The notes: generated by a model not told the origin, from the letters alone. Shown: positions 54,465 to 63,399, counted from the first letter of the stretch. The stretch: 64,000 nt of DNA from Candidatus Yanofskybacteria bacterium CG10_big_fil_rev_8_21_14_0_10_36_16 (GCA_002794035.1 PCXQ01000001.1:3256-67255); one strand, 5' to 3'. Made by a program: numbers and translations.

Positions 54465-54763
54465 TAAAACAATAGTGGTGGGATTTTTGAGTCTACTAAA
54501 AATATTATAAGTCCGATTATCGCGCCAACGGCCGATATCAACACAAAAGTCGCGGGCCCCTCCCTCGCTGGCTAGGGATCCACTCCCGCTCCTTGAAACC
54601 TTGCGGTTTCAATACTTCCACTATGGGGAAACACCCAGTTTCCCCAGCCCCCCTTCTGATTTCGGATGATATCAGTTTTTTGTTGATTAAAACAATAGTG
54701 GTGGGATTTTTGAGTCTACTAAAAATATTATAAGTCCGATTATCGCGCCAACGGCCGATATCA
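54465..54763. repeat. 76-bp perfect direct repeat of the mraY 3' end flanking a 147-bp GC-rich insert
   Basis: Copies at 54465-54540 and 54688-54763. The insert (54541-54687) contains hairpins gaaacc-ttgc-ggtttc and ggggaaac-accca-gtttcccc. Confidence 0.85.
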
Positions 54764-55760
54764 TCCAAAATCTCATGGTGATTTGGGTTTCATGCCAGCC
54801 CTTGGCCTCGAAATGGTGGTGTATGGGAGTAGATAGGAAAATCTTTTTGCCTCGTAATTTTTTTGAGGTTATTTGAACTATCACAGATAAAGATTCACCA
54901 ACAAACACTAGGGCTATAATTGGTAAAAGCAAAGCGGTATTGGTTAGCATGGCAATAATACCCAGAACAACCCCCAAAGACATTGACCCCGTGTCGCCCA
55001 TAAAAAATTTGGCAGGATAAATATTGAACCACAAAAATGCTACAAGAGCTCCCATGATGGATGCTATAAACACAACGAGATCCATCCTTTCTTGAACAAA
55101 AGCTATTGCGCCATAAGCGGCAAACATGGTTAAGAAGGTTCCACCAGCAAGTCCATCAAGGCCATCAGTTTCATTTGCTGAAAATGCAGTCGCTACGATA
55201 ATAAATATAAAGAATGGAATGTACCACCACCCTATTGCCATGTCTCCTGCAAAAGGTATGTTTATTGAATTAAAGTCCAATTTAAAGAAGAACCACCATG
55301 CACCTCCTGTAGCAACAAGGAGGTAAAGACCTATTCTGTGGCGCATTTTAAGGCCTCCTCCGTTAGGTCCTATTCGAAATACTCCAAAAAGATCATCTGC
55401 CAACCCAAACATTGCAGCAACAAAAAGAGCGCCTAATGGCAACAGTGTCTGTGCACGAGATAGAAAATTCCAATCAGACCAAGTTCCGTTGTAAAGGCTG
55501 GCAAAAAAAGAAAAACCAAGAGTTACGATTATTACAGTTGCCCAAACTACTACCCCGCCCATAGTGGGTGTTCCTTCTTTTTTTTTGTGCAGTTTATTAA
55601 AAATGGGTGCCGAATCGCTTCCTTTTAATTGCTTGCCAAGATTGTTTTTTTGGATAACTTTATTCCATGCGGGTGTTAATATTATTGCAATAAAAAAAGA
55701 TAGTGTCGCCACCACGAAAACTCTGACAACGTTAAAAACAGTAAATGTTTCGCCTATCAA
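54687..55760 (-). CDS. mraY: Phospho-N-acetylmuramoyl-pentapeptide transferase
   Basis: 357 aa. Typical MraY motifs (NETDGLDGLA, GDTGSMSLG, PIHHHFE). Confidence 0.95.
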   Translation of the reverse strand: MIGETFTVFNVVRVFVVATLSFFIAIILTPAWNKVIQKNNLGKQLKGSDSAPIFNKLHKKKEGTPTMGGVVVWATVIIVTLGFSFFASLYNGTWSDWNFLSRAQTLLPLGALFVAAMFGLADDLFGVFRIGPNGGGLKMRHRIGLYLLVATGGAWWFFFKLDFNSINIPFAGDMAIGWWYIPFFIFIIVATAFSANETDGLDGLAGGTFLTMFAAYGAIAFVQERMDLVVFIASIMGALVAFLWFNIYPAKFFMGDTGSMSLGVVLGIIAMLTNTALLLPIIALVFVGESLSVIVQITSKKLRGKKIFLSTPIHHHFEAKGWHETQITMRFWMISAVGAIIGLIIFLVDSKIPPLLF

Positions 55761-55847
55761 TTAAGAAATATCTATACAAAAATAAAAATTTATACAAATA
55801 TACCGGTTTCAGTCTATATATTTGTAACAGATTTGTAATTTCGTAGA

Positions 55848-56831
55848 TTAATTATCCCACTTGTGAGCTGCTTTGCCCCATTCAATTAACTTCTCTGTTT
55901 CTCCGAATCTGTCATTGCTTCCAAGAACTATACTTAATAAAGTGTTTCCAGAGTGCCTTACCAACAAAAGCATTGATTCCCCCGCTCCATCAGTAAACCC
56001 AGTTTTGCCTCCGATTATGTTTTCTATTTTGGCAAGCAATTTATTCGTGTTGGTTAAGGGATGAATTATCAAACCATCAGTTGATTTAACTTCTGCAGAC
56101 TCAGTAAGTGTTGTTTTCCATATAGTATCATACCTTTCTGAATATTTCACTAGTTTTATTAGATCTGAAACCGTTGAGAACCCTTCGTCGTTTAAACCTG
56201 CTGGGTCTAAAAATCGAGTATCTATCATTCCAAGATCAAGGGCTTTCTTGTTCATTTCTAGCACAAAATCAATACTTTTTTTGTTAAGCATATCAGCAAG
56301 CGCCAGAGCCGAGTCATTTGAAGATTTAATCAATAACATTTTGAATAAATTTTCGGCACTTATTTCCTCGCCTTTATAAAGGTCAGCACCATTACCATCA
56401 ACATTTGTGTCTTCTGCTTTTATGGTTGTTGTTTCATCCAAGTTTAGGTGTTCCAACACTATAATCGCAGTCATTATTTTTGTTATGGAGGCTATCGGTA
56501 AGTGTTGTCCGATGTTTTTTTGAAATAAAAATTTGCCTGTATTAATATCATAAAGAGCTGCTGCTTTGGCGTTAATTTCGGGCAAAGGTATGTTAAAATC
56601 TCTTATTGGATAATAATTGGGTTCAGATGATGAAGTCAAATAAGTCGATGTTTCAGAAGGTGTGTTAGGGGCTATGCTTGTTTTGTTAGTATCTGCCGTT
56701 GTGTCAATTTCTTCTGCTATCGATGCTTTTAATCCTGTTTCCAATTGACTATTGTCATCCCAAATTAAAAAAACGGCCAGTCCCGTTAGTAATACCACAA
56801 GAGTTGTAAGAAATATTATGCGTTCAGGCAT
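55848..56831 (-). CDS. D-alanyl-D-alanine carboxypeptidase (S11, PBP5/6-like)
   Basis: 327 aa. SITK (SxxK), SSND (SxN), KTGFT (KTG). Confidence 0.85.
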   Translation of the reverse strand: MPERIIFLTTLVVLLTGLAVFLIWDDNSQLETGLKASIAEEIDTTADTNKTSIAPNTPSETSTYLTSSSEPNYYPIRDFNIPLPEINAKAAALYDINTGKFLFQKNIGQHLPIASITKIMTAIIVLEHLNLDETTTIKAEDTNVDGNGADLYKGEEISAENLFKMLLIKSSNDSALALADMLNKKSIDFVLEMNKKALDLGMIDTRFLDPAGLNDEGFSTVSDLIKLVKYSERYDTIWKTTLTESAEVKSTDGLIIHPLTNTNKLLAKIENIIGGKTGFTDGAGESMLLLVRHSGNTLLSIVLGSNDRFGETEKLIEWGKAAHKWDN

Positions 56832-56891
56832 TAATAAAATATCAAAATTTTAGATTTGTTGAGATTCTTATAAACAATTATTGTTTTATGT

Positions 56892-58307
56892 CTATTTTTT
56901 TTTAGACACTTGCAGATGCAATTCTTTTAATTGTTCTGATGTTAAGTCGCTTGGTGCGTCCATCATAAGGTCTCGGCCATCTCCGGTTTTGGTAAAAGCT
57001 ATGACTTCTCTAATGTTTGGTTCATTGGTAAAAATTGATATTAACCTATCAAAACCCCAAGCTATACCACCGTGGGGTGGAGCACCATATTCAAATGCTT
57101 CAAGCATGTGTCCGAAATTTTTAGATGCGGTATCAGCATCAAGGCCTATTATTTCAAAAACTTTTCTTAATATTTCAGGTTTGTGGCTTCTAATGCTTCC
57201 TCCCCCAATCTCAAGTCCGTTTAGAACAATGTCGTATTGGCTTGTGAGTATTTCGCCTATTTTTTCTTTTTTAAGTAGCCAATTCGTATGTGCTTTATTT
57301 GGCATTGAAAACGGATTATGAGTAAAAGTCCATTTCTTTTCCCCGCCAGAGTCGGGTCCGCCTTCGGCGGAAAAAAATGGGAAATCAATTACCCAACAAA
57401 AAGCCAAAAGATTTGGGTCTTCTTTGTCTTTGCGCAAATCAGGTCTGTCTGAATTATACTTTTCCATAGCTTCTTTATATGATATGCGCGGGAAAGGAAT
57501 CTCTTGAATTTTTTTGTCTGGTAGAAGATTTTTTACTATTTCAATTAACAGTTCCTCATTGACTTGCATAACATCTTCGCGTTCGACAAAAGACATTTCC
57601 ATGTCCATTTGGGTGAATTCGGGTTGTCTGTCCCCTCTGGTATCTTCGTCCCTGAAACATCTTGCCATTTGAAAATATTTTTCAATACCGGCGACCATTA
57701 AAAGTTGTTTATATTGCTGGGGTGCTTGGGGCAGAGCGTAAAATTTTCCTTCATGAACACGAGAAGGCACAACATAGTCTCGTGCTCCCTCCGGTGTAGA
57801 TTTTGATATTATCGGTGTTTCTACTTCTATAAAACCTTTCTCCGTTAGCCAATTTCTTATAAATTGACTGGTCTTGTGTCTTAATTGTAAATTTTTTCTC
57901 ATTCTTTCACGGCGTAAATCAAGATAGCGGTATTTCATTCTGTTTTCTTCTCCGATTTCTTTGCCATCAGAATCAATTTCAAAAGGCGGGGTTTTTGATT
58001 CGGAAAGTACTTCAAGCTCAATTGGTTTAAGTTCAACTTTGCCTGTTTCAATTTCTGGATTTACCATTTTTTCAGGCCTTTCAGTCATTTTGCCTTTTAT
58101 TTTGATAACCCATTCTGGTCTTAATTTCTCTGCTTTTTTATGGAGTTCCTCATCCTTGGGCGTAAAAACAACCTGAAGCAAACCGCTTCGGTCTCTAAGA
58201 TCAATAAAAATTAGTTTGCCGTGATCCCTTCTGGTGTGGACCCAGCCAGCAACCTCAACTTCTTTGTCTATGTTTTGGATTGTGTCCAATATAGAAATAC
58301 GTGTCAT
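56892..58307 (-). CDS. aspS: Aspartate--tRNA ligase, bacterial-type core without the GAD insertion domain
   Basis: 471 aa. OB anticodon-binding domain and class II motifs (FRDED, GGGSIR). SDRPDLR is followed almost directly by VIDFPFF. Confidence 0.9.
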   Translation of the reverse strand: MTRISILDTIQNIDKEVEVAGWVHTRRDHGKLIFIDLRDRSGLLQVVFTPKDEELHKKAEKLRPEWVIKIKGKMTERPEKMVNPEIETGKVELKPIELEVLSESKTPPFEIDSDGKEIGEENRMKYRYLDLRRERMRKNLQLRHKTSQFIRNWLTEKGFIEVETPIISKSTPEGARDYVVPSRVHEGKFYALPQAPQQYKQLLMVAGIEKYFQMARCFRDEDTRGDRQPEFTQMDMEMSFVEREDVMQVNEELLIEIVKNLLPDKKIQEIPFPRISYKEAMEKYNSDRPDLRKDKEDPNLLAFCWVIDFPFFSAEGGPDSGGEKKWTFTHNPFSMPNKAHTNWLLKKEKIGEILTSQYDIVLNGLEIGGGSIRSHKPEILRKVFEIIGLDADTASKNFGHMLEAFEYGAPPHGGIAWGFDRLISIFTNEPNIREVIAFTKTGDGRDLMMDAPSDLTSEQLKELHLQVSKKK

Positions 58308-58418
58308 AAACTTAATTTTAATACAATATTACACACAAATCAAAATCCCGCACTTCTTGACTTAATTAGACAATACATGCAGGATTTTTTAAATATTACA
58401 CTAAGTTTTAAAAAATTT

Positions 58419-58859
58419 TTAAATGAGGTTTAATAATTGTGTCGGGCTATCTTTTAAATACATGCCCCTTATCTCCTTCTTTATTTTGTCTCTTAATTGT
58501 TTGGGCAACTCATTTTTAAACTGGTTGATAATCTCGGGTGCACAAAATAGATATATTTCGTTTATGGCTCCTTTTTTGTCTACTTCTAATATATAGCTAG
58601 CTGCTTTTTTTATAAACTCTTTATGTATCTTTTCTTTTGGTATTTCGCGGGAAGAACCGCTTGAAATAATCCCAGCAGTTTTTGATCTAATTTCTGAAAA
58701 CCCTTCGTTATCTGAATATTTGGGAGTTATTACTTCTATCTTATTTACTTCCTCTATTAAACCATTCTCTGCTAAATAAAAAATGCCGCTTTGATTGCCG
58801 AAAACAGCTAATAGTGTTGGGTTATTTTTAAATTGTTGAAATTGTTTTGGAATTTGCAT
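58419..58859 (-). CDS. Hypothetical protein
   Basis: 146 aa. No confident motif. Confidence 0.45.
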   Translation of the reverse strand: MQIPKQFQQFKNNPTLLAVFGNQSGIFYLAENGLIEEVNKIEVITPKYSDNEGFSEIRSKTAGIISSGSSREIPKEKIHKEFIKKAASYILEVDKKGAINEIYLFCAPEIINQFKNELPKQLRDKIKKEIRGMYLKDSPTQLLNLI

Positions 58860-58880
58860 TATATAAATTTTAAATTAATT

Positions 58881-59246
58881 TTAAAAACTATAGTCTGGTG
58901 CTACTATTGGTGCGGGTGTAATTATGGGTTTTGGTGTGACGCTTTCATCTTTGAGGGGGTCTGTCCCTGCTTTTATTTCTTCCCCATCAAGAAATCCATC
59001 ACCATCGCTGTCAGGATTAAATGGGTCTGTATTATAATTAGATTCTTCAAAATCAGCAATGCCGTCAAAATCAGAATCTTTTGCTAGGGGGTTGTTGATA
59101 TTAGTCGTAGGGGTTTTGTTTAAGTTTAAATTGGTATTTGTGGCTTTATTGATTGTGTTATTGCTGGGTTTTTGTACTGCATCTGATACAAACAAAATAG
59201 CTACAAAAATGATCCCAGCCGATATTGTTATTAATATCCCCTTCAT
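58881..59246 (-). CDS. Secreted protein with thrombospondin type-3-like calcium-binding repeats
   Basis: 121 aa. Signal/TM helix, then DSDFDGIADFEE...DPFNPDSDGDGFLDGEE. Confidence 0.6.
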   Translation of the reverse strand: MKGILITISAGIIFVAILFVSDAVQKPSNNTINKATNTNLNLNKTPTTNINNPLAKDSDFDGIADFEESNYNTDPFNPDSDGDGFLDGEEIKAGTDPLKDESVTPKPIITPAPIVAPDYSF

Positions 59247-59330
59247 GTAATAAATATGCCAAAAATTAAGCTAAATTTCAAGTCACTCTAAATATTTATT
59301 ATGTTCTTATAACATTAAATTATGGTTAAG

Positions 59331-59364
59331 AAAAAGTAATGGCCCCGCACTTCTTGGTGCGGGG
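59331..59364 (-). terminator. Terminator of the GC-rich cassette
   Basis: ccccgcac-ttcttg-gtgcgggg, with a T-run on the minus strand. Confidence 0.65.
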
Positions 59365-59388
59365 CACGGGGTTGGAGGTTGGGGTCGC

Positions 59389-59619
59389 CTAGTGAAGGCG
59401 GCCGGCGTGAATGGGTTCAAACCGGATCGGATGAGCCCACAGAGATTCGATCGCGACGCTCCCAAGAGCTCGCGCCTCCTCGGACGAGATTGCCAGAAGC
59501 CCCAAGGGAACCTCCGGAAAAGACTGTTCCTCCTCCTCTGGAGTTCTTCGGCCTCGCCGTTTCTCGTTTCCCCTGACCTTGCGAGGCCAGGAGACATCAT
59601 CTCTCTGCATCTTCTGCAT
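59389..59619 (-). CDS. 76-aa ORF inside a ~60% GC island (unknown function; coding status uncertain)
   Basis: AGGAGG 7 nt upstream of the ATG. MQKMQRDDVSWPRKVRGNEKRRGRRTPEEEEQ...LAISSEEARALG... Three other ORFs overlap it because of the high GC. Confidence 0.4.
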   Translation of the reverse strand: MQKMQRDDVSWPRKVRGNEKRRGRRTPEEEEQSFPEVPLGLLAISSEEARALGSVAIESLWAHPIRFEPIHAGRLH

Positions 59620-59640
59620 GGGAAATCCTCCTACTATTTA

Positions 59641-59669
59641 AGTGTAGCATAATTAAAATGGCTTGTCAA
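59641..59669 (-). promoter_or_regulatory. Sigma-70-like promoter for the GC-rich cassette
   Basis: Minus strand reads TTGACA-17 nt-TACACT, about 20 nt upstream of the RBS. Confidence 0.5.
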
Positions 59670-59739
59670 ATATTAAAAAATGTGGTATTTTAAAATAATT
59701 AAAAAACCAGCCTCTTTTTAAAAAGCTGGTTTTTATCGA

Positions 59740-60108
59740 TTATTCCCATATATTTTCTAATTCTGCCAATATCTCATCAGGAATAGGTATTGCTTTGCCC
59801 ACAGGACTTATGCCGGGGTATCTCCATGCAGATATTATTGTTTTTTTATTTGTTAATGGTATTTCATTTTGTATTTTTCGTTTTAAATTTTTATTTTCCT
59901 GATACATTACCCAAATTTCCTGAGGAGTTTTGCTTGTAGCTTTTTGCATAACCGCCGTGGTCCCAGTCGCTACCCCCTCTTCAGTGCGATGAGGATGTCT
60001 TACCACTCTTTTTATTAAGCTTTCTGATATACCATAATAAACCATCTTGTCTTTAACATGGTTGGTCCACTTATATTTTTCGTTGTCTTTAGGTAATTTA
60101 AATTGCAT
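59740..60108 (-). CDS. Hypothetical protein, DUF4258-like (toxin-like) signature
   Basis: 122 aa. NHVKDKMVYYGISESLIKRVVRHP resembles the H-x3-RM-x2-RGI pattern of DUF4258. Confidence 0.4.
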   Translation of the reverse strand: MQFKLPKDNEKYKWTNHVKDKMVYYGISESLIKRVVRHPHRTEEGVATGTTAVMQKATSKTPQEIWVMYQENKNLKRKIQNEIPLTNKKTIISAWRYPGISPVGKAIPIPDEILAELENIWE

Positions 60109-60210
60109 GTTGTTGGGGTCTTTAATAGTAAATAGATAAATATAGATTAAATGATTTTGTTGTTTTCGTAAACTTAATAATTAAAAACCCCGCCTAGGCG
60201 GGGTTTTTGT

Positions 60211-60699
60211 TCAATCACAATACTCATATGAAAGATTATTATATTCTTCAGTGGTGTAAAGATAAATACCGTCTTTATGCCACAAAACAAAATTCGATAT
60301 GCCCGAATCAAGAGCCAGCTTACTGCAAATTGTGCAATATGGTTTGCCTGATCTTAATATGTTGCCGTTATTATCAATCCTGACAAAAAAGATGGTAGAG
60401 TTTCTAAGCGCTTTCTGTGAATGGCTGTTTATAGCTTCAAATATTGCTCTTTGTTCGGCATGCATACAGCACGTTTTGTCGGTTACCTTTTTATGCAACT
60501 TTGTTTTATCGCAAGAACATCTGCGTTGCGAATCAATATTCCCCGGAGGAGAATTATATCCTTGTCCTATAACTATGCCGCATTTTACAATTACGCTCCC
60601 GCATTTTGATCGCGAGCACGTTGATTTAGTAGCCACACTAGCGGCAGCTTCAAACCATTTTTTTAATGGCATTTCTTCTTCTTTGCTTAGTTTTTTCAT
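60211..60699 (-). CDS. Deoxycytidylate (dCMP) deaminase family protein
   Basis: 162 aa. CMHAEQRAI (HAE) and PYCTICSKL (PCxxC) zinc motifs. Confidence 0.85.
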   Translation of the reverse strand: MKKLSKEEEMPLKKWFEAAASVATKSTCSRSKCGSVIVKCGIVIGQGYNSPPGNIDSQRRCSCDKTKLHKKVTDKTCCMHAEQRAIFEAINSHSQKALRNSTIFFVRIDNNGNILRSGKPYCTICSKLALDSGISNFVLWHKDGIYLYTTEEYNNLSYEYCD

Positions 60700-60779
60700 T
60701 TCACACCTCTTGTTGATTTTAAAAAAGCTGGAATTATATTGCCATAAATAATAATAAATTTAAAGTAATTCAAATTAAT

Positions 60780-60836
60780 CCCCACACTCATGCATGAGTG
60801 TGGGGATTAAAAACCCCGCCTAGGCGGGGTTTTTAA
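60780..60836. terminator. Tandem hairpins: a 26-nt perfect palindrome plus a ccccgcc/ggcgggg terminator
   Basis: ccccacactcatgcatgagtgtgggg followed by aaaaaccccgcctaggcggggttttt. Confidence 0.7.
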
Positions 60837-60853
60837 TGATTTTATTTTAAGGA

Positions 60854-61885
60854 TTAAGGAGTGAAATATATAATCTTTCCATTTTCATAAACATGAAGGT
60901 CATTGGTTTCCTCTGAAACGGTAAAGACCGTTGTGCCTTTAAAGACATAAGATGCGCTTATTGCAGATAGGTGTCGTGTGTGGACTTTGTGCTGGAAGCC
61001 GAATTGGTCAGATAAATCTTTGAATTTGCCCGGGCTTACTTTATTGGCGACTGTTCTGGGGCGCATACCTTCCACCATAACCCCGGAATGTAAAATGTCT
61101 CCGCGCTCATCTATCAATATAGCGCCATCAAAATTTATGGTGGTTTCAATGTCGTGCCCTTTTGTTTTTTTATGTCCGAGATCTAATATACTAATTTTAT
61201 TTTTATCAAAAATATCTTGTTCGCTATCGGATATGTCTGTGTAATTGTTCCATTTATTTTTCCACCCTAAAATAATAAACAGGCCGAAATTTTTCTTACG
61301 ATTCGTGAGATCTATTATAAAATCAATCAATTTCATTTTAAAGTCATAAGGAAGTTTGGTTTTTGACTCTTTTAATGTTTTTGAACTTTCTGATAATTTT
61401 TTTACGGTTTGTGTTTTGATTGGGTTTTTTTTGCTACTGCCCATTATTTTGCCGTATCTATCAAGGAGCCATGAGCTTGATTGTATTTTACCGCCTGCTC
61501 CGGCATTGAATACCATTTTGCATCCTATCTCATTGCATACTTGGACTTCTGGGATGTTGTTTTTAAATCGGTCTCCCCCATTTACAAATATATCAGGCTT
61601 AATTGTTGCAAGCTCACTACACACACTCATGTCTTTAGGATTTTTTTTGTGCTTTGATAGGACAACCTCATCTACGCAGTTTATCGCTTCTATCATTTCG
61701 CGTCTTTCATTTTGGGGCATAAAAACAAAGCCCTTCTTTTTTTTGAGCCAGTTATCGTTATTTAAAATAACAACAAGCTTGTCGCCGAGTTTTTTTGCTG
61801 ATCGGAATAACCTTACGTGACCTATGTGTAGAGGGTCAAAACCCCCGCTGACTGTTACTACTTTTTTATTGCTTGATTTTTTCAT
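60854..61885 (-). CDS. Fusion: cytidylyl/adenylyltransferase (HIGH-type) domain + diadenylate-cyclase-like (DAC/DisA_N) domain
   Basis: 343 aa. N-terminal SGGFDPLHIGHVRLF. C-terminal FDGAILIDERGDILHSG and HTRHLSAISAS...FTVSEETNDLHVYENGK match DAC motifs (DGA; RHR changed to RHL). Confidence 0.7.
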   Translation of the reverse strand: MKKSSNKKVVTVSGGFDPLHIGHVRLFRSAKKLGDKLVVILNNDNWLKKKKGFVFMPQNERREMIEAINCVDEVVLSKHKKNPKDMSVCSELATIKPDIFVNGGDRFKNNIPEVQVCNEIGCKMVFNAGAGGKIQSSSWLLDRYGKIMGSSKKNPIKTQTVKKLSESSKTLKESKTKLPYDFKMKLIDFIIDLTNRKKNFGLFIILGWKNKWNNYTDISDSEQDIFDKNKISILDLGHKKTKGHDIETTINFDGAILIDERGDILHSGVMVEGMRPRTVANKVSPGKFKDLSDQFGFQHKVHTRHLSAISASYVFKGTTVFTVSEETNDLHVYENGKIIYFTP

Positions 61886-62358
61886 TGATTATTCTTAATA
61901 ATTTTTTGTCTTAGTGGTTCCAATCTTGAACCTATACTAATTGCCAGTGCTATCATAACTAGGTTTTTAATTATGTATTGTCCTTCAAGAGTTGGTGTCA
62001 TAAATTGTTGCCATGTAAATTTCGGTAGAAATATCAGTGGCATAAATGTGGTACCCATGTGCAATACTAATATGAATATTGCTATTCTTGTAAGTTTAGG
62101 AATTAAAAACATTACGCCTATTACCATTTCTAGGTATCCAAAAAACGCTATAAATGAAGACGGTTCAAGGAACGGTAGGGTTTTCATTTGAAGTTCTTGA
62201 ACCAAGGGATTTGCCGGGCTTGTGCTTATAACTTTTAGCAATCCGAACCAGAAAAAAATTATGCCAATAGATATCCGTGAAAGCCAAGGATTTATCTTTC
62301 TGATAAATTTCAAAATTTTTAGATCCGCATTGATTATGAAGTTGTTATACATATGCAT
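61882..62358 (-). CDS. DoxX-like small membrane protein
   Basis: 158 aa with four TM helices. ISIGIIFFWFGLLKV resembles the DoxX N-terminal motif. Overlaps the upstream gene end by 4 nt. Confidence 0.5.
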   Translation of the reverse strand: MHMYNNFIINADLKILKFIRKINPWLSRISIGIIFFWFGLLKVISTSPANPLVQELQMKTLPFLEPSSFIAFFGYLEMVIGVMFLIPKLTRIAIFILVLHMGTTFMPLIFLPKFTWQQFMTPTLEGQYIIKNLVMIALAISIGSRLEPLRQKIIKNNQ

Positions 62359-62469
62359 TTAATATATCATAAATAGTAAGAAATATTTAAGTAAAATGTA
62401 TATTGACTTAAACCAAAGTACTTATTATTCTGTTTAGTATAGTTATTTAAAAAATAATAAGGAGAATAT

Positions 62470-62685
62470 ATGACATTGAAACTTGCAGAAAATGGATGTA
62501 TTCAAAAATTCCTACTTTCACAGCCAGAAAGTGGAATGGGTTATCAAGAGATAAAACTTAAGTTAAGGGATGGGCGTGAAATTCCAAATCTTGTTGTAGT
62601 GAACGCAGAGTTAATTGAAATTCCAGATGAATATGGAAATGTAATGGAAGACGACATTCAAGCTGTTTATTTTAAAATTGTTTAA
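62470..62685 (+). CDS. Hypothetical small protein
   Basis: 71 aa. AAGGAG RBS upstream. Confidence 0.45.
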   Translation: MTLKLAENGCIQKFLLSQPESGMGYQEIKLKLRDGREIPNLVVVNAELIEIPDEYGNVMEDDIQAVYFKIV

Positions 62686-62708
62686 TCGGGAAATTCAAGG
62701 AACAGGCA

Positions 62709-62960
62709 ATGTCTAGAACAACTTCACAAGATCGAATGAATCAACTTCTTATAAAGCATTACCAAGGTCTTATGACAACAAGTGAACGTTTTGAGCTTCA
62801 TCGGTTATTGAAAGAAAAGTATGCATACGGGGTGCAAATGCTCGAGTATCGTTGTCCTAAATGTAACACACCATTAACCTTTTCTTGGGCTGATGGCCCA
62901 GCTTGTATGTGGTTTACCGGTGGTTGTGGGTGGACTCCTCACCGTGAAGATTTAGTTTAA
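62709..62960 (+). CDS. Hypothetical zinc-ribbon protein
   Basis: 83 aa. CPKC...GGCGW. Followed by the terminator ccccgc-tttc-gcgggg. Confidence 0.45.
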   Translation: MSRTTSQDRMNQLLIKHYQGLMTTSERFELHRLLKEKYAYGVQMLEYRCPKCNTPLTFSWADGPACMWFTGGCGWTPHREDLV

Positions 62961-63052
62961 ACCCCGCTTTCGCGGGGTTTTAATTTGCCATAATAATTAT
63001 TGCTCTCATGCTCCATGACACTTTGGGTTTTTATTCACTGTCACACATGATA

Positions 63053-63337
63053 TTAAGATTCTAATCGTGAAAGGATATCTAACATTTCCTGCGAAATTGG
63101 CCTTTGTCGTTCCCGCGTTTCAATTGTTTCCGCTGGAGTTTTTGCGTCCGTCTCCTTAGACGATTCTGATAATAGATATTCAGCGGTTCCTTGAAGTTGT
63201 TCTGTGATTTCTGGATTGTCTTGAACCAACTTTTTTAATTCAACTATTCTTTCTGCGACTTCTCTTAACAATTGATTTCCTTTTTGATATTCAGGCGACG
63301 GCTCTCTTGTATAATCTTTTTCAAATTCTTCTGACAT
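63053..63337 (-). CDS. Hypothetical acidic helical protein
   Basis: 94 aa. No motif recognised. Confidence 0.45.
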   Translation of the reverse strand: MSEEFEKDYTREPSPEYQKGNQLLREVAERIVELKKLVQDNPEITEQLQGTAEYLLSESSKETDAKTPAETIETRERQRPISQEMLDILSRLES

Positions 63338-63399
63338 AAATTTGTATTTTAATTTATTGTTTATTTAATTTCGACCTTCTCTCAAGGTATCACTTTTCC

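Noticed and set aside
54465-54763. The 3'-end duplicates (mraY, iscA-like, ychF) as VR/TR pairs of a diversity-generating retroelement.
   Set aside because: No reverse transcriptase is nearby. Two pairs are identical, and the ychF pair differs at synonymous positions, not in an adenine-specific pattern.
54538-54768. Track ORF (76 aa, minus strand) spanning the mraY insert.
   Set aside because: It starts inside the mraY 3' repeat in a different frame and reads through the GC-rich insert. It is an Arg/Gly-rich artefact of GC content, with no RBS.
59307-59652. The GC-rich 59.3-59.65 kb block as RNase P RNA, tmRNA, SRP RNA or 6S RNA.
   Set aside because: I could not find the hallmark motifs on either strand: GGAAAGUCCGGGC / ACAGAA..GGCUUA for RNase P, GGGGCUGA..UUCGAC start and a tRNA-like 3' end for tmRNA, or GGAA..AGCAGC helix 8 for SRP. 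I kept it as an unexplained cassette instead.
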